A stretch of 64,000 nt of DNA. Source: Cryobacterium sp. GTDB lineage: Bacteria; Actinomycetota; Actinomycetes; Actinomycetales; Microbacteriaceae. The position numbers were made by a program, and so were the translations under genes. The notes under the pieces were generated by a model. The model made no database searches. It saw only the letters and a list, made by a program, of their open reading frames with translations, and had not been told where the DNA came from. Position 1 is the stretch's first letter; every line of letters begins with the position of its first letter. The stretch lies in the NCBI RefSeq assembly GCF_025463825.1, contig NZ_JAODBG010000035.1, positions 35,984 through 99,983 of the forward strand, given 5' to 3'. Shown one piece after another: positions 16,846-27,627 of the stretch.

Positions 16846-17789
16846 TGCGCATCGACGGATGCTCCGCCCTGGTCACCGGCGCCGCCTCCGGCCTCGGCCT
16901 GGCCACAGCGCGGGCCCTGCACGCGGCTGGCGCAGCCGTCGTGCTGTTCGACCTGGCCGGCTCAGCGGGTGCGGAACGCGCCGCCGAATTGAGCGCGGAG
17001 GCCTGGTCAACACCTGATTCCGACCCTGCGGGCGACCCCCCGGGTTCCACAGTGACCGGGCGCCAAGCCGCGCCGAGGCGTCCGGCCGAGGCTATATTCC
17101 TTTTGGGGAATGTAACCGATGAGGTGGATGTGCAGGCCGCGGTCGAGGCTGCGGGCGCGCGTGCGCCGCTGCGGATCGTGGTCAACTGTGCCGGCATCGC
17201 CCCCGCCGCCCGCACCGTCGGCCGGTTTGGTCCCCAACCCCTGGCCGACTTCGAGCGGGTCCTGCGCGTGAACCTCCTCGGCTCCTACAACGTGGTGCGC
17301 CTCGCCGCCGCCGCCATGCAGGCCACCGCCCCGATCGGCGACGACCCGGCCAGTACCGACCCGGCCGGCACCGGCTTGGCCGGCACCGACCCGGCCGGCG
17401 CCCGCCCCGCAGCTCTCCGCCTGGTCGGCACCCCCGAGCGCGGCGTCATCGTGAACACGGCATCCGTGGCCGCCTTCGACGGCCAGATCGGCCAGGCCGC
17501 CTATGCGGCCTCGAAGGGCGGTGTCGCCGCAATGACACTGCCGCTGGCCAGGGAATTCGCGCGCTCCCTCATCCGCGTCGTGACCATAGCACCCGGCCTT
17601 TTCGACACCCCGTTGCTACAGGGCCTGCCCGCTGAGGCGCGCGCATCCCTCGGCGCCCAGGTGCCGCATCCGGCCCGGCTCGGCGATCCGACCGAATACG
17701 CCGCCCTCGTGCGCCATATCGTGGAGAACCCCATGCTCAACGGCGAAACCATCCGCCTCGACGGGGCCATCCGGATGGCCCCCCGGTAG
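16845..17789 (+). CDS. SDR-family 3-hydroxyacyl-CoA dehydrogenase (HSD10/type II-like) with two low-complexity insertions
   Basis: TGAASGLG cofactor motif, [23 protein letters not shown] catalytic region, and a C-terminal [16 protein letters not shown]. The start ATG overlaps the thiolase stop (TGATG). Confidence 0.8.
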   Translation: MRIDGCSALVTGAASGLGLATARALHAAGAAVVLFDLAGSAGAERAAELSAEAWSTPDSDPAGDPPGSTVTGRQAAPRRPAEAIFLLGNVTDEVDVQAAVEAAGARAPLRIVVNCAGIAPAARTVGRFGPQPLADFERVLRVNLLGSYNVVRLAAAAMQATAPIGDDPASTDPAGTGLAGTDPAGARPAALRLVGTPERGVIVNTASVAAFDGQIGQAAYAASKGGVAAMTLPLAREFARSLIRVVTIAPGLFDTPLLQGLPAEARASLGAQVPHPARLGDPTEYAALVRHIVENPMLNGETIRLDGAIRMAPR

Positions 17790-17798
17790 CAATCCTTT

Positions 17799-17880
17799 CC
17801 GCGGCACGCAATAACGCTCGCGGCGTGCGATATCCAGGCTCATATCGCCCGCCGCGAGCACTTTCGCACGCCGCGAGAGT
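17799..17880 (+). repeat. Intergenic repeat array, family A short copy
   Basis: Cores at 17799, 17818, 17845 and 17864 (spacings 19, 27, 19) match the inner part of the 7559-7670 array. Confidence 0.6.
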
Positions 17881-18910
17881 GGGCCTTGACTTGACCAGTA
17901 CACTCATCAGAAAAACCCCCACAGGGAAGGTGCCGGCGTTGAGCTCATTCGCGACCGAACTGCGTCGGGTCGTGCAGCCGCGCGCCCGCATCATCATCGA
18001 CAACGACTTCTCCGGCGACCCCGACGGGCTGGTGCAGCTCGTGCACCACGTGCTGTCGCCCTCGGTCGAGATCCGCGCGATCATCGGCTCCCATCTCAAG
18101 CCGGGCGACGGGTTCGACCCGTCCGAACGGACCGCCGACAACGCCGCCGCGGCCGCCCGCACCGTGCTCGACCTGCTCGGCCGCACCGGCACGATTCCCG
18201 TCCTGGCCGGGTCGAACGTCGGGATGGTCAACCCGCTTTCGCCCATCCGGTCCGCGGCAACGGATGCCATCATCGCCGAGGCCATGCGCACCGACACCGA
18301 CCTGCCGCTCTTCGTGGCCTGCGGGGCCGGCCTCACCGAGATCGCCAGCGCCTATCTGCTCGAGCCGCGCATCGCGAGCCGGCTCACCCTGGTCTGGATC
18401 GGCGGCCCCGAGCACGCCGGACTCGCCGTGCCGCCACCGGGCTCGCACGGCCCCGAGTACAACCTGGCCATCGACATCCCCGCCGCCCGGGTGATCTTCG
18501 ACTCGTTCATGCCGATCTGGCAGGTGCCCCGCGACACCTACCGGCAGACGCTGTTCACCTGGGCCGAACTGCTCACGGATGTGCGCCCGCACGGCGCCGT
18601 CGGCGCGCACCTCTACGACGCCCTCGCGCACGTCGCCGACATGGTCAGCAAGCACGGGATGAACATCGGTGAAACGTACATCATGGGCGACAGCCCGCTC
18701 GTGCTCCTGACCGCGCTGCAGTCGTCCTTCGAGGCCGACCCCTCCTCGAGCGAGTACGTCACCCGCACCGTGCCGCGCATCTGCGCCGACGGGTCGTACG
18801 ACATCATCCCGCGGCAAGGCCCCCGGCCGATGCGGGTGTACACCCGGCTCGACCTGCGGCTGCTCTTCGCCGACTTTACCGCCAAGCTCGCCGCCCACGC
18901 CGCCGGCTGA
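17825..18910 (+). CDS. Nucleoside-hydrolase-like protein, non-canonical Asp cluster
   Basis: IIIDNDFSGDPDG N-terminal Asp-rich motif, an LFVACGAGLTEIA (GPLTN-like) block and an EYNLAIDIPAARVIF block. It is a paralog of 44965..45801. The start is uncertain (17825 to about 17939) because the 5' part overlaps an intergenic repeat. Confidence 0.55.
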   Translation: MRYPGSYRPPRALSHAARVGLDLTSTLIRKTPTGKVPALSSFATELRRVVQPRARIIIDNDFSGDPDGLVQLVHHVLSPSVEIRAIIGSHLKPGDGFDPSERTADNAAAAARTVLDLLGRTGTIPVLAGSNVGMVNPLSPIRSAATDAIIAEAMRTDTDLPLFVACGAGLTEIASAYLLEPRIASRLTLVWIGGPEHAGLAVPPPGSHGPEYNLAIDIPAARVIFDSFMPIWQVPRDTYRQTLFTWAELLTDVRPHGAVGAHLYDALAHVADMVSKHGMNIGETYIMGDSPLVLLTALQSSFEADPSSSEYVTRTVPRICADGSYDIIPRQGPRPMRVYTRLDLRLLFADFTAKLAAHAAG

Positions 18911-18979
18911 CCCCACGCCCGACCCGCGCAACGGCGCAACGACTCGATTGAGCTCGGCGGTGCCGGCGGTACCGCTGGC

Positions 18980-19597
18980 CTAGAGCTCCACGGCGAGCAG
19001 CGGCCGCAGGTAGTTGCGTATCTCCTGGGCCATGTCCACCGTGTCCCGGTCGAGCAGCCACTGCACCTGCAGGCCGTCACTCATGGCGATCATGCCGCGG
19101 GCGGCGCTGCCGGGGGAGACGCCGGCGGCAAGCTGGCCGGCATCCTGCACGGCCTGGAACGCCGCGGTGAGGAACGACAGCACCCAGGCGTAACGCCGCA
19201 CGAAATACTCGTGTGCCGGATGCTCCGGCGAGGTCGCCTCGGCGGAGAGCACGCAGTGCAGTTCCACCAGGCCGGGCACCTGATGAGCGTTGTAATCGAT
19301 CAGCCGGACGAAGCCGCGGATGGTGTCGATGCTGGCCGGTGCCGAGAGGTCGACGTACTCCGTCGCCCGGTCGTCGCGCAGCTCAAGCACGCCGGCGAGG
19401 AGCTCGTTCTTGTTCGCGAAATGGTGCAGCAGGCCGGCCTGGCTGATGCCCACCACCTCGGCGATTTCCCGGATCGATCCGGAGCGGAAACCGTTGGTGG
19501 CGAAGACGTCCATGCCCGCCTCGAGGATCTCACGGCGCCGCCCCGCTGTCTTGGCGTAGGCGCCGCGCGGCTTTCGGGTTGCAACGGTGGGGATCAT
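18980..19597 (-). CDS. TetR/AcrR-family transcriptional regulator
   Basis: N-terminal HTH (FRSGSIREIAEVVGISQAGLLHHFANKNELL). 205 aa. Divergent from the ABC importer operon. Confidence 0.85.
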   Translation of the reverse strand: MIPTVATRKPRGAYAKTAGRRREILEAGMDVFATNGFRSGSIREIAEVVGISQAGLLHHFANKNELLAGVLELRDDRATEYVDLSAPASIDTIRGFVRLIDYNAHQVPGLVELHCVLSAEATSPEHPAHEYFVRRYAWVLSFLTAAFQAVQDAGQLAAGVSPGSAARGMIAMSDGLQVQWLLDRDTVDMAQEIRNYLRPLLAVEL

Positions 19598-19625
19598 GGG
19601 CCGACTTTAGCGCGCTCGGTAACAA

Positions 19626-19635
19626 TTTAGCTAAA
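19626..19635. promoter_or_regulatory. Palindrome TTTAGCTAAA in the TetR / ABC-importer divergent region
   Basis: Perfect 10-bp palindrome. A related half-site GTTAGCT lies at about 19659. Candidate TetR operator. Confidence 0.4.
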
Positions 19636-19719
19636 ACCTACCAACCGCTCGCTTTTCGTGTTAGCTTCGGTCTTCGAGGCGGGCCAACGACGGACTGCAC
19701 GTAGCGAAAGGGAACACCG

Positions 19720-21240
19720 ATGTTCCGATGGAAAAGCGTCACAGCGGCGGTCGCCGTTGCAGCTCTAGCCCTCACGGGCTGCTCCGGCAGTGGTTCATCC
19801 TCTGAGGATTCCGCGTCCAGCACACTCACCCTGGGCGTCATCGTCCCGGCCACGACCTTCGAGGCCGCGAACATGAACTTCGCCAACGAGTCGCCCTACG
19901 GACAGGCCGTCTATGACACCCTGCTGAAGGAAGACCCGGCCGGCGAGCTGCTGCCGAGCCTGGCCACCGAATGGTCGTACAACGACGACAACACCGTACT
20001 CACCCTCACCCTCCGCGATGACGTAAAGTTCACCGACGGCACCCCGTTCAACGCCGACGCGGCGGCGCAGAACCTCACCCGGTTCCGTGACGGCACCTCG
20101 CCGAACAAGTCCTTCCTCGCCTCCCTCGGTTCGGCCACGGCCATTGACGAGACCACAGTGGAGCTCACCCTCACCCAGCCCGACCCGGCACTGCTGCACT
20201 ACCTGAGCCAGAACGCCGGCATGCAGGGCAGCCCCGCCGCCTTCGGTGCCGCGGATGCCAAGACCAACCCGGTCGGCTCCGGCCCGTACATCCTCGACAC
20301 CGACAAGACCGTCGTGGGAACCTCGTACGAGTTCACCGCGAACCCGGACTACTGGGACGAGGAGAACGTGCACTACGACAACCTGTCCCTCAAGGTCTAC
20401 GCCGACAGCACCTCAATGTTGAACGCCGTCAAGGGCGGCCAGGTCAACGGCGCCAAGCTGCTCGACAACACCAACAACGCCGAGGTCGAATCGGCCGGCT
20501 ACACCCTCAACCCGTTCGAGCTCGACTGGACCGGCCTGATCATCTTCGACCGTGACGGGTCGATGAACCCGGCACTGGGCGACGTGAAGGTTCGCCAGGC
20601 GCTCAACTACGCCATCGACGGTGAGGCAATGCTCACGGCCGTCGGCGAAGGACTCGGCACTCCCACCAGCCAAATCTTCCCGGACTCCTCGGCCGCCTAC
20701 GACGCGGACCTCGACGACCGCTACGCCTACGACCCCGACGAAGCCATCAAGCTGCTGGACGAAGCCGGTTACGGCGACGGCCTCACCCTGGAAATGCCCA
20801 GTACCTCGCTCGGCAACCCGGCCGTCTTCACGCTCATCGAGCAGCAGCTGAAGGATGTCGGCATCACGGTGAACTACACCGACGCCGGCAACAACTTCAT
20901 CGCCGACATCCTCGCCCCCAAGTACGGGGTCACCTGGATGCAGCTGCAGCAGGACAACGACTGGGCGCTGATCAACTTCGAGCTCACCCCGAACGCGTCC
21001 TTCAACCCCACCAAGTACCAGGATCCGACCGTCGACGCACTGGTCGCGACCATCGGCACCTCCACCGGTGACGAGGCGGATGCGGCGCTCAAGGAACTCA
21101 ACGCCTACATCGTCGAGCAGGCCTGGTTCGCCCCGTGGTACCGCGTGCAGTCCAACTACGCGACGGATGCCCAGACCGAGGTCGAGACCCAGGTCGGCAA
21201 CGCCTACCCCTACCTCTGGAACTTCACCCCCGCCTCCTAG
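19720..21240 (+). CDS. ABC transporter substrate-binding lipoprotein, family 5 (Dpp/Opp/Nik type)
   Basis: Lipobox LALTGCSGS. The 506 aa length and sequence are characteristic of the peptide/nickel SBP family. Confidence 0.85.
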   Translation: MFRWKSVTAAVAVAALALTGCSGSGSSSEDSASSTLTLGVIVPATTFEAANMNFANESPYGQAVYDTLLKEDPAGELLPSLATEWSYNDDNTVLTLTLRDDVKFTDGTPFNADAAAQNLTRFRDGTSPNKSFLASLGSATAIDETTVELTLTQPDPALLHYLSQNAGMQGSPAAFGAADAKTNPVGSGPYILDTDKTVVGTSYEFTANPDYWDEENVHYDNLSLKVYADSTSMLNAVKGGQVNGAKLLDNTNNAEVESAGYTLNPFELDWTGLIIFDRDGSMNPALGDVKVRQALNYAIDGEAMLTAVGEGLGTPTSQIFPDSSAAYDADLDDRYAYDPDEAIKLLDEAGYGDGLTLEMPSTSLGNPAVFTLIEQQLKDVGITVNYTDAGNNFIADILAPKYGVTWMQLQQDNDWALINFELTPNASFNPTKYQDPTVDALVATIGTSTGDEADAALKELNAYIVEQAWFAPWYRVQSNYATDAQTEVETQVGNAYPYLWNFTPAS

Positions 21241-21247
21241 GTAGTCC

Positions 21248-21279
21248 GGCCGGGCCGCGCGAACCTGCGCGGCCCGGCC
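21248..21279 (+). other. Perfect 13-bp stem, 6-nt loop hairpin between the SBP and first permease gene
   Basis: GGCCGGGCCGCGC pairs with GCGCGGCCCGGCC. Likely an intra-operon attenuator or mRNA stabiliser. Confidence 0.5.
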
Positions 21280-21341
21280 CACCGGCCCACCCCACGGGCC
21301 GGTTCCCTCTCACACGGGTTGAACAACAGTCAGGAACAACG

Positions 21342-22283
21342 GTGTTCAGATTCATTCTCCGGCGGCTACTCTCGGGCGTCGTCCTCCTCTTCGTCATCTC
21401 CACGATCGCCTTCGCCTTGCTCTACATCGGTGGGGGTGACATCGCCCGCCGCATTCTGGGCCAGTCGGCGACCCCCGAAACTGTGGCGCAAAAGGCGGAG
21501 GAGCTCGGTCTCAACCGGCCGCTCTACGAGCAGTACTTCGACTGGCTCGCCGGCGCCGTGCAGGGCGACCTCGGCGCCTCCTGGTTCACCGGGCAGCTCG
21601 TCACCGAAGGCATCAGCTCCCGACTGGCCGTCACGCTTTCCCTGGTGATCGGCGCGACCCTCCTCACCGCGATCGTTGCCGTCACGCTGGGCGTCTGGGC
21701 CGCGATCCGCGGCGGCTGGGCCGACAAGGTGGTGCAGGGCGTGTCCATTCTCGGCTTCGCCATCCCGGGGTTCCTCATCGCGCTCGGCCTGGTGACCCTC
21801 TTCGCCCTCAACCTCAAATGGTTCAAGCCCACCGGTTACACCCCGTTCACCGACTCGCCCGTCGGATGGCTGTCCACCGTCACGCTGCCGATTATCGCGT
21901 TGGCCATCGGCGCTATCGCCGGTGTCGCCCAGCAGGTGCGCGGGTCGGTCGTCGACGCGCTCCGCCAGGACTACGTGCGCACCCTGCGCAGCCGTGGCCT
22001 CTCGTTCAACCGGGTGGTCTTCAAGCACGTGCTGCGCAACGCCGGCGGCCCCGCCCTGGCGGTGCTGGCCGTCGGGTTCGTCGGACTCTTCGGCGGCGCG
22101 GTCATCGTTGAACAGATCTTCGCAATCCCGGGCCTTGGGCAGGTGGGCGTCCAGGCCACCACCCAGGGCGACATCCCCATGGTGATGGGACTGGTCGTGG
22201 CTACCGCCATCATCGTCGTTGTCGTCAACCTGCTCATCGACCTGCTCCAGGGCTGGCTGAACCCGAAGGTGCGCCTCTCATGA
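21342..22283 (+). CDS. ABC transporter permease (DppB/OppB-like)
   Basis: N-terminus FRFILRRLLSGVVLLFVISTIAFALLY is typical of DppB. GTG 21342. The stop overlaps the next start (ATGA). Confidence 0.85.
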   Translation: MFRFILRRLLSGVVLLFVISTIAFALLYIGGGDIARRILGQSATPETVAQKAEELGLNRPLYEQYFDWLAGAVQGDLGASWFTGQLVTEGISSRLAVTLSLVIGATLLTAIVAVTLGVWAAIRGGWADKVVQGVSILGFAIPGFLIALGLVTLFALNLKWFKPTGYTPFTDSPVGWLSTVTLPIIALAIGAIAGVAQQVRGSVVDALRQDYVRTLRSRGLSFNRVVFKHVLRNAGGPALAVLAVGFVGLFGGAVIVEQIFAIPGLGQVGVQATTQGDIPMVMGLVVATAIIVVVVNLLIDLLQGWLNPKVRLS

Positions 22284-24135
22284 TCGATCTCACTCCCACC
22301 ACGGTCGCTCCCGCATTGCCGCCGGCCGCCCGCCGGTCGCTGCTCTCCCGGCTGCTGCGCAACCCCGTCGGCCTGGCCACCATCGGGTTCCTGGTGCTGC
22401 TGGTGCTCAGCGCCGTCTTCGCGCACCTGATCGCCCCGCAGGACCCCAACGACGCGTCGATCCAGGACGTGCTCGGACCGCCCGCTGAGGGGCATCCGCT
22501 CGGTTTCGACAGCTCAGGCCGTGACGTGCTGTCGCGGCTCATCTTCGCCGGCCGGTTCAGTCTCGCCGGCGCGGCCCTGGCCCTGGTCATCGCCCTCGCA
22601 ATCGGTGTCATCGGCGGCCTGATCGCCGGCTACTACGGCAAGTGGTTCGACTCGGTCTCCTCCTGGCTGACCGGTTTGCTGATGGCCCTGCCCGGCATCG
22701 TCGTGCTGCTGGCCGCCCGCTCGGTTCTCGGTCCGTCGATGTGGCTGTCCATGATGATCTTCGGCGTGCTGCTCTCGCCGGCATTCTTCCGCCTCGTCTA
22801 CGCCTCGGTCACCGCGGTGCGGGGCGAACTGTACGTCGACGCCGCCCGGGTCGCCGGGCTCAGCGACACCCGCATCATCGGCAAGCACATCCTCACGGTG
22901 GTGCGGGCGCCCGTCATCATCCAGTCGGCCATGGTTCTCGGCATCGCCATCGCCATCCAGGCCGGACTCGACTTCCTGGGTCTCGGCGACCAGTCGATCC
23001 CCACCTGGGGCACCATGCTGAACGACGGGTTCCGCCAGCTCTACAAGGAGCCCACCCTCATCCTGTGGCCGAGCATCGTGATCGCGCTCACCTGCGTCGC
23101 TCTGACCTTGCTGGCCAACACCATCCGGGACGAACTCGAACGCAGCACCAAGGCCAAGCGCCGCCGCCGGCCGCCGCTGCGTCCGGTGGACGTGAACAAG
23201 ACGGCGGCGTACACGCACGCCGAAGACCTGGCCTCCTCCGGTCGTACCGGCGAGGTGCTGCTCGACGTGCGTGAGCTCTCCGTCGGTTATGACCAGCCCG
23301 ACGGCACGGTGAAAACCGTCGTGCACGACGTGTCCCTGGTGGTGCGCCGTGGTGAAGTGCACGGCCTGATCGGGGAATCCGGGTCCGGCAAGACCCAGAC
23401 CGCCTGGTCGGTGCTGCGCCTGTTGCCCGAAGGTGGTCGCATCACCGGTGGATCCATCTTCTTCGAAGGCGCCGACCTCGCGCTCGAGCCCGAGAAAGAG
23501 ATGACGAAGATCCGCGGGAAGAAGATCGCTTACATCCCGCAGGAACCCATGTCGAACCTCGACTCCTCGTTCACGATCGGCAGCCAGCTCGTCGAGCCGA
23601 TGCGGGTGTGCCTGGGCCTGTCCAAGAAGGAGGCCACCGCGAAGGCGCTGAAGCTGCTCGAGCGGGTCGGCATCCCCAACCCCAAGCGCACGTTCGCGGC
23701 CTACCCGCACGAGGTGTCCGGCGGAATGGCCCAGCGGGTGCTCATCGCCGGCGCCATCTCCTGCGACCCCGACCTGCTCATCGCGGATGAGCCCACCACC
23801 GCCCTGGACGTGACCGTGCAGGCCGAGGTCCTCGACCTGCTGCGGGAACTGCAGCGCGAACTGAACATGGGGGTGGTGCTCGTGACGCACAACTTCGGCG
23901 TGGTCGCCGACCTGTGCGACCGGGTGTCGGTGATGCGTGACGGCCGGGTGATCGAAACCGGCCCGGTGCGCTCCATCTTCACGCAGGCGAAGCATCCGTA
24001 CACCCAGTCGCTGCTCGCCGCGATCCTCGAAGACGGCGCCGCTCGCGGCGACCTTGACGAGAGCACCAGTGCGGCCGCCGCCGCCCAGCACGACACCGTC
24101 GCCGCCCAGAACGCCGTAAACATTGGAGCGAAGTC

Positions 24136-24139
<4 letters not shown>
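22280..24139 (+). CDS. Fused ABC permease (DppC-like) and ATP-binding protein (DppD-like)
   Basis: The N-terminal ~300 aa are polytopic. A basic linker (KAKRRRRPPLRP) follows. The C-terminal domain has Walker A (GESGSGKT), the signature (VSGGMAQRV) and Walker B (LLIADEPT). Confidence 0.85.
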
Positions 24140-24990
<851 letters not shown>

Positions 24991-25041
24991 CCCGCCCCGC
25001 CGGCCCGCCCCGCCGGCCCGCCCCGCCGGCCCGCCCGCCGG
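24991..25041 (+). repeat. Tandem repeat CCCGCCCCGCCGG x3 plus one 12-nt copy
   Basis: Read directly. It starts 1 nt after the ABC ATPase stop codon. Confidence 0.85.
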
Positions 25042-25101
25042 CAACTGTTCCCCGTGCGGACGACTGCACCCGGTATGCCGGGACCAATTGTCCGCACGGG
25101 G
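25042..25101 (+). repeat. About 60-bp palindromic intergenic element (family C, degenerate copy)
   Basis: Aligns with 29213-29270 (CAACTGTT.CCC.TGCGGAC ... CCGGGACCA.TTGTCCG). Outer 12-bp arms CCCCGTGCGGAC and GTCCGCACGGGG. Confidence 0.55.
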
Positions 25102-25144
25102 ACCCCTTCTCTCCGATACCGATTCCCACGAAAGCGATAGCACC

Positions 25145-27619
25145 ATGACGATTTCCTCCGCGCAAGACACTGCGGTCACCACGCCGGACCCCCGCCTCAC
25201 CGCCCTGCTCGAGCAGCTCACCCTCGACGAGAAGGTGCTGCTGCTCACCGGCCGGGACTTCTGGACCACCGCCCCGATCGAGAAGATCGGGCTGCGCCGC
25301 ATCCTGGTCTCCGACGGGCCCAGCGGTGTGCGCGGTGAGGTGTGGGACGAGCGGTCCCCGTCGCTGAACCTGCCGTCCTCCACCGCGCTGGGCGCCGCCT
25401 GGGACCCGTCGATCGCCCGCCGGTACGGCAACGTCGCCGCCGTCGAGGCCCGCCGCAAGGGCGTTGACGTGGTGCTCGGCCCGACCATCAACCTGCACCG
25501 CTCCCCGCTCGGCGGCCGACACTTCGAGGCGTTCAGCGAAGACCCCGTCCTCACCGCGAAGCTGGCCGCCGCCTACGTGACCGGCGTGCAGGAGAACGGG
25601 GTGGGCGCCACCCCCAAGCACTACATCGCCAACGACTTCGAAACCGACCGGTTCACCGCCGACGTGGCCGTCTCCGACCGCGCCCTGCGGGAACTGTACC
25701 TGCTCGCGTTCGAAGAGGCCATCACCGAAGCGCACGCCTGGCTGGTGATGAGCTCCTACAACTCCGTGAACGGCGCCACCGTCACCGAGAACGACCTGCT
25801 GGAGACCCCCCTGAACTCCGAGTGGGGCTTCGACGGCGTCGTGATCAGCGACTGGACCGCCGTGCGCAGCGTCAACAGCGCCCGGTTCTCGCAAGACCTG
25901 GTCATGCCCGGTCCGGCCGGCCCGTGGGGCGACGCCCTCGTCGCCGCCGTCATCGCCGGCGAGGTGGCAGAGGCCGCCATCGACCGCAAGGTACTGCGGC
26001 TACTCACCCTGGCCGCCCGGGTGGGGGCGCTGGCCGGCTTCGAGCCCGCCGTCGCCGAGCCCGTGGTCGTCGAAGACGGCATCCGTTTCGCCAAGGAAGC
26101 CGAGATCGCCGGCAGCGTGCTCGTGACCAACACCGGGCAGCTGCCGTGGGTCGCCGAGTCCCTCACCAAGGTCGCCGTGATCGGGCACAACGCCCGGTTC
26201 GCCCGCACCCAGGGCGGCGGCAGCGCCACCGTGCTGCCCGAACGGGCGATCGCCCCGCTGGACGGCCTGATCAACGCCCTGCCGAACGCCGAGGTGACCT
26301 ACTCGGTGGGCGCCGTCGTGCAGGAGGGCATCGCCGAACTGCCGCTGACCAGCATCGTCAATCCGCACACCGGCGAGCCCGGCGCCCGGGTGCGCTTCCT
26401 CGACGCTGATGGCGGTGAACTGTTCACCGAGGACCGTCGCGCCACCGCGCTGGTCTGGTTCGGCGGCGACGCTCCAATCGCGGCCTCGAAGGTGCTGGAA
26501 TTCAGCACGACGTACACCCCCGACGCCACCGGGGAGATCCTGCTCGGCTTCGCCAGCGCCGGCAACGGCCGGATCCTCGTGAACGGCGCCCTGCTGCACG
26601 AGGAGAACGTGGTGCCGGTAGGCACCGACCTGGGCGCCGCGTTCCTGTCCCCGCCCTCGGCCTCCGTGGCCGTGCAGGTGACGGCGGGCGTGCCCATCGA
26701 ACTCGTCGTGGAGTACGACATCCCCGCCGAGGGGGCGCTGATGGGCGCGCTGTCGATCACCATCGGCATCGAACCCGACCTCTCCAACCCTGACGGCCTG
26801 ATCGAGGAAGCCGTCGCCGCAGCTGCCGCCGCCGACGTGGTGGTGCTCGTGGTGGGCACCAACTCCAAGGTCGAGTCAGAGGGCTACGACCGCAGCAACC
26901 TCGACCTGCCCGGCCGGCAGGACGACCTGGTGCGCGCCGTGGCCGCGGCCAACCCGCGCACCGTCGTGATCGTCAACTCCGGGTCCCCGGTGCTGATGCC
27001 ATGGCGGGACGACGTGAGCGCCATCCTGCTCAGCTGGTTCGGCGGCCAGGAGTACGGTGACGCCGTCGCCGCCATGCTGCTCGGCGAGGCCGAGCCCGGC
27101 GGACGCCTGCCCACCACCTGGCCGAGGACCCTGGCGGATGTGCCGGTGTCCAACGTCACCCCCGACAACGGGGTGGTGCGGTACGACGAGGGCATCCACA
27201 TCGGCTACCGCGCCTGGTTGAAGGCCGGCACCGAACCGGCCTACGCCTTCGGTCACGGCCTCGGCTACACGACCTGGTCGCTGGACGGGCTGAGCCTTGA
27301 CGACGCGTCGCTGCCGAAATCCGGAGCCGCCACCGCCACGGTCACACTCAGCAACACCGGCGACCGCGCCGGCAAGCAGGTCGTGCAGGTGTACGCCTCC
27401 CGCGCCGGCTCCGCCATCGACCGGCCGGTCCGATGGCTGGTCGGCTTCGCGCCGGTCACCGCCGAGCCCGGCCAGACCGTGAGCGTCGACATCAGCGTGC
27501 CGGAGCGGGCGTTCGCCGACTGGCAGGACGGCTGGCACTACGAAACCGGCGAGTACCTGCTCGAGGCCGGCACCAGCGTGACCGAGCTGCCCCTGTCCGC
27601 CACCGTCACCCTGAACTGA
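25145..27619 (+). CDS. Glycoside hydrolase family 3 beta-glucosidase
   Basis: GH3 blocks KHYIANDFETDR and GFDGVVISDW. The C-terminal fibronectin-like region ends in a typical GH3 tail. ATG 25145 is an internal start of the 25088 ORF. Confidence 0.85.
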   Translation: MTISSAQDTAVTTPDPRLTALLEQLTLDEKVLLLTGRDFWTTAPIEKIGLRRILVSDGPSGVRGEVWDERSPSLNLPSSTALGAAWDPSIARRYGNVAAVEARRKGVDVVLGPTINLHRSPLGGRHFEAFSEDPVLTAKLAAAYVTGVQENGVGATPKHYIANDFETDRFTADVAVSDRALRELYLLAFEEAITEAHAWLVMSSYNSVNGATVTENDLLETPLNSEWGFDGVVISDWTAVRSVNSARFSQDLVMPGPAGPWGDALVAAVIAGEVAEAAIDRKVLRLLTLAARVGALAGFEPAVAEPVVVEDGIRFAKEAEIAGSVLVTNTGQLPWVAESLTKVAVIGHNARFARTQGGGSATVLPERAIAPLDGLINALPNAEVTYSVGAVVQEGIAELPLTSIVNPHTGEPGARVRFLDADGGELFTEDRRATALVWFGGDAPIAASKVLEFSTTYTPDATGEILLGFASAGNGRILVNGALLHEENVVPVGTDLGAAFLSPPSASVAVQVTAGVPIELVVEYDIPAEGALMGALSITIGIEPDLSNPDGLIEEAVAAAAAADVVVLVVGTNSKVESEGYDRSNLDLPGRQDDLVRAVAAANPRTVVIVNSGSPVLMPWRDDVSAILLSWFGGQEYGDAVAAMLLGEAEPGGRLPTTWPRTLADVPVSNVTPDNGVVRYDEGIHIGYRAWLKAGTEPAYAFGHGLGYTTWSLDGLSLDDASLPKSGAATATVTLSNTGDRAGKQVVQVYASRAGSAIDRPVRWLVGFAPVTAEPGQTVSVDISVPERAFADWQDGWHYETGEYLLEAGTSVTELPLSATVTLN

Positions 27620-27627
27620 GGCTCGCG

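Noticed and set aside
24991-25041. The 13-bp tandem repeat, considered as a possible Pro/Ala-rich C-terminal extension of the ABC ATPase.
   Set aside because: The ATPase frame has a TGA at 24988-24990, immediately before the repeat. A 13-nt unit would not stay in frame.
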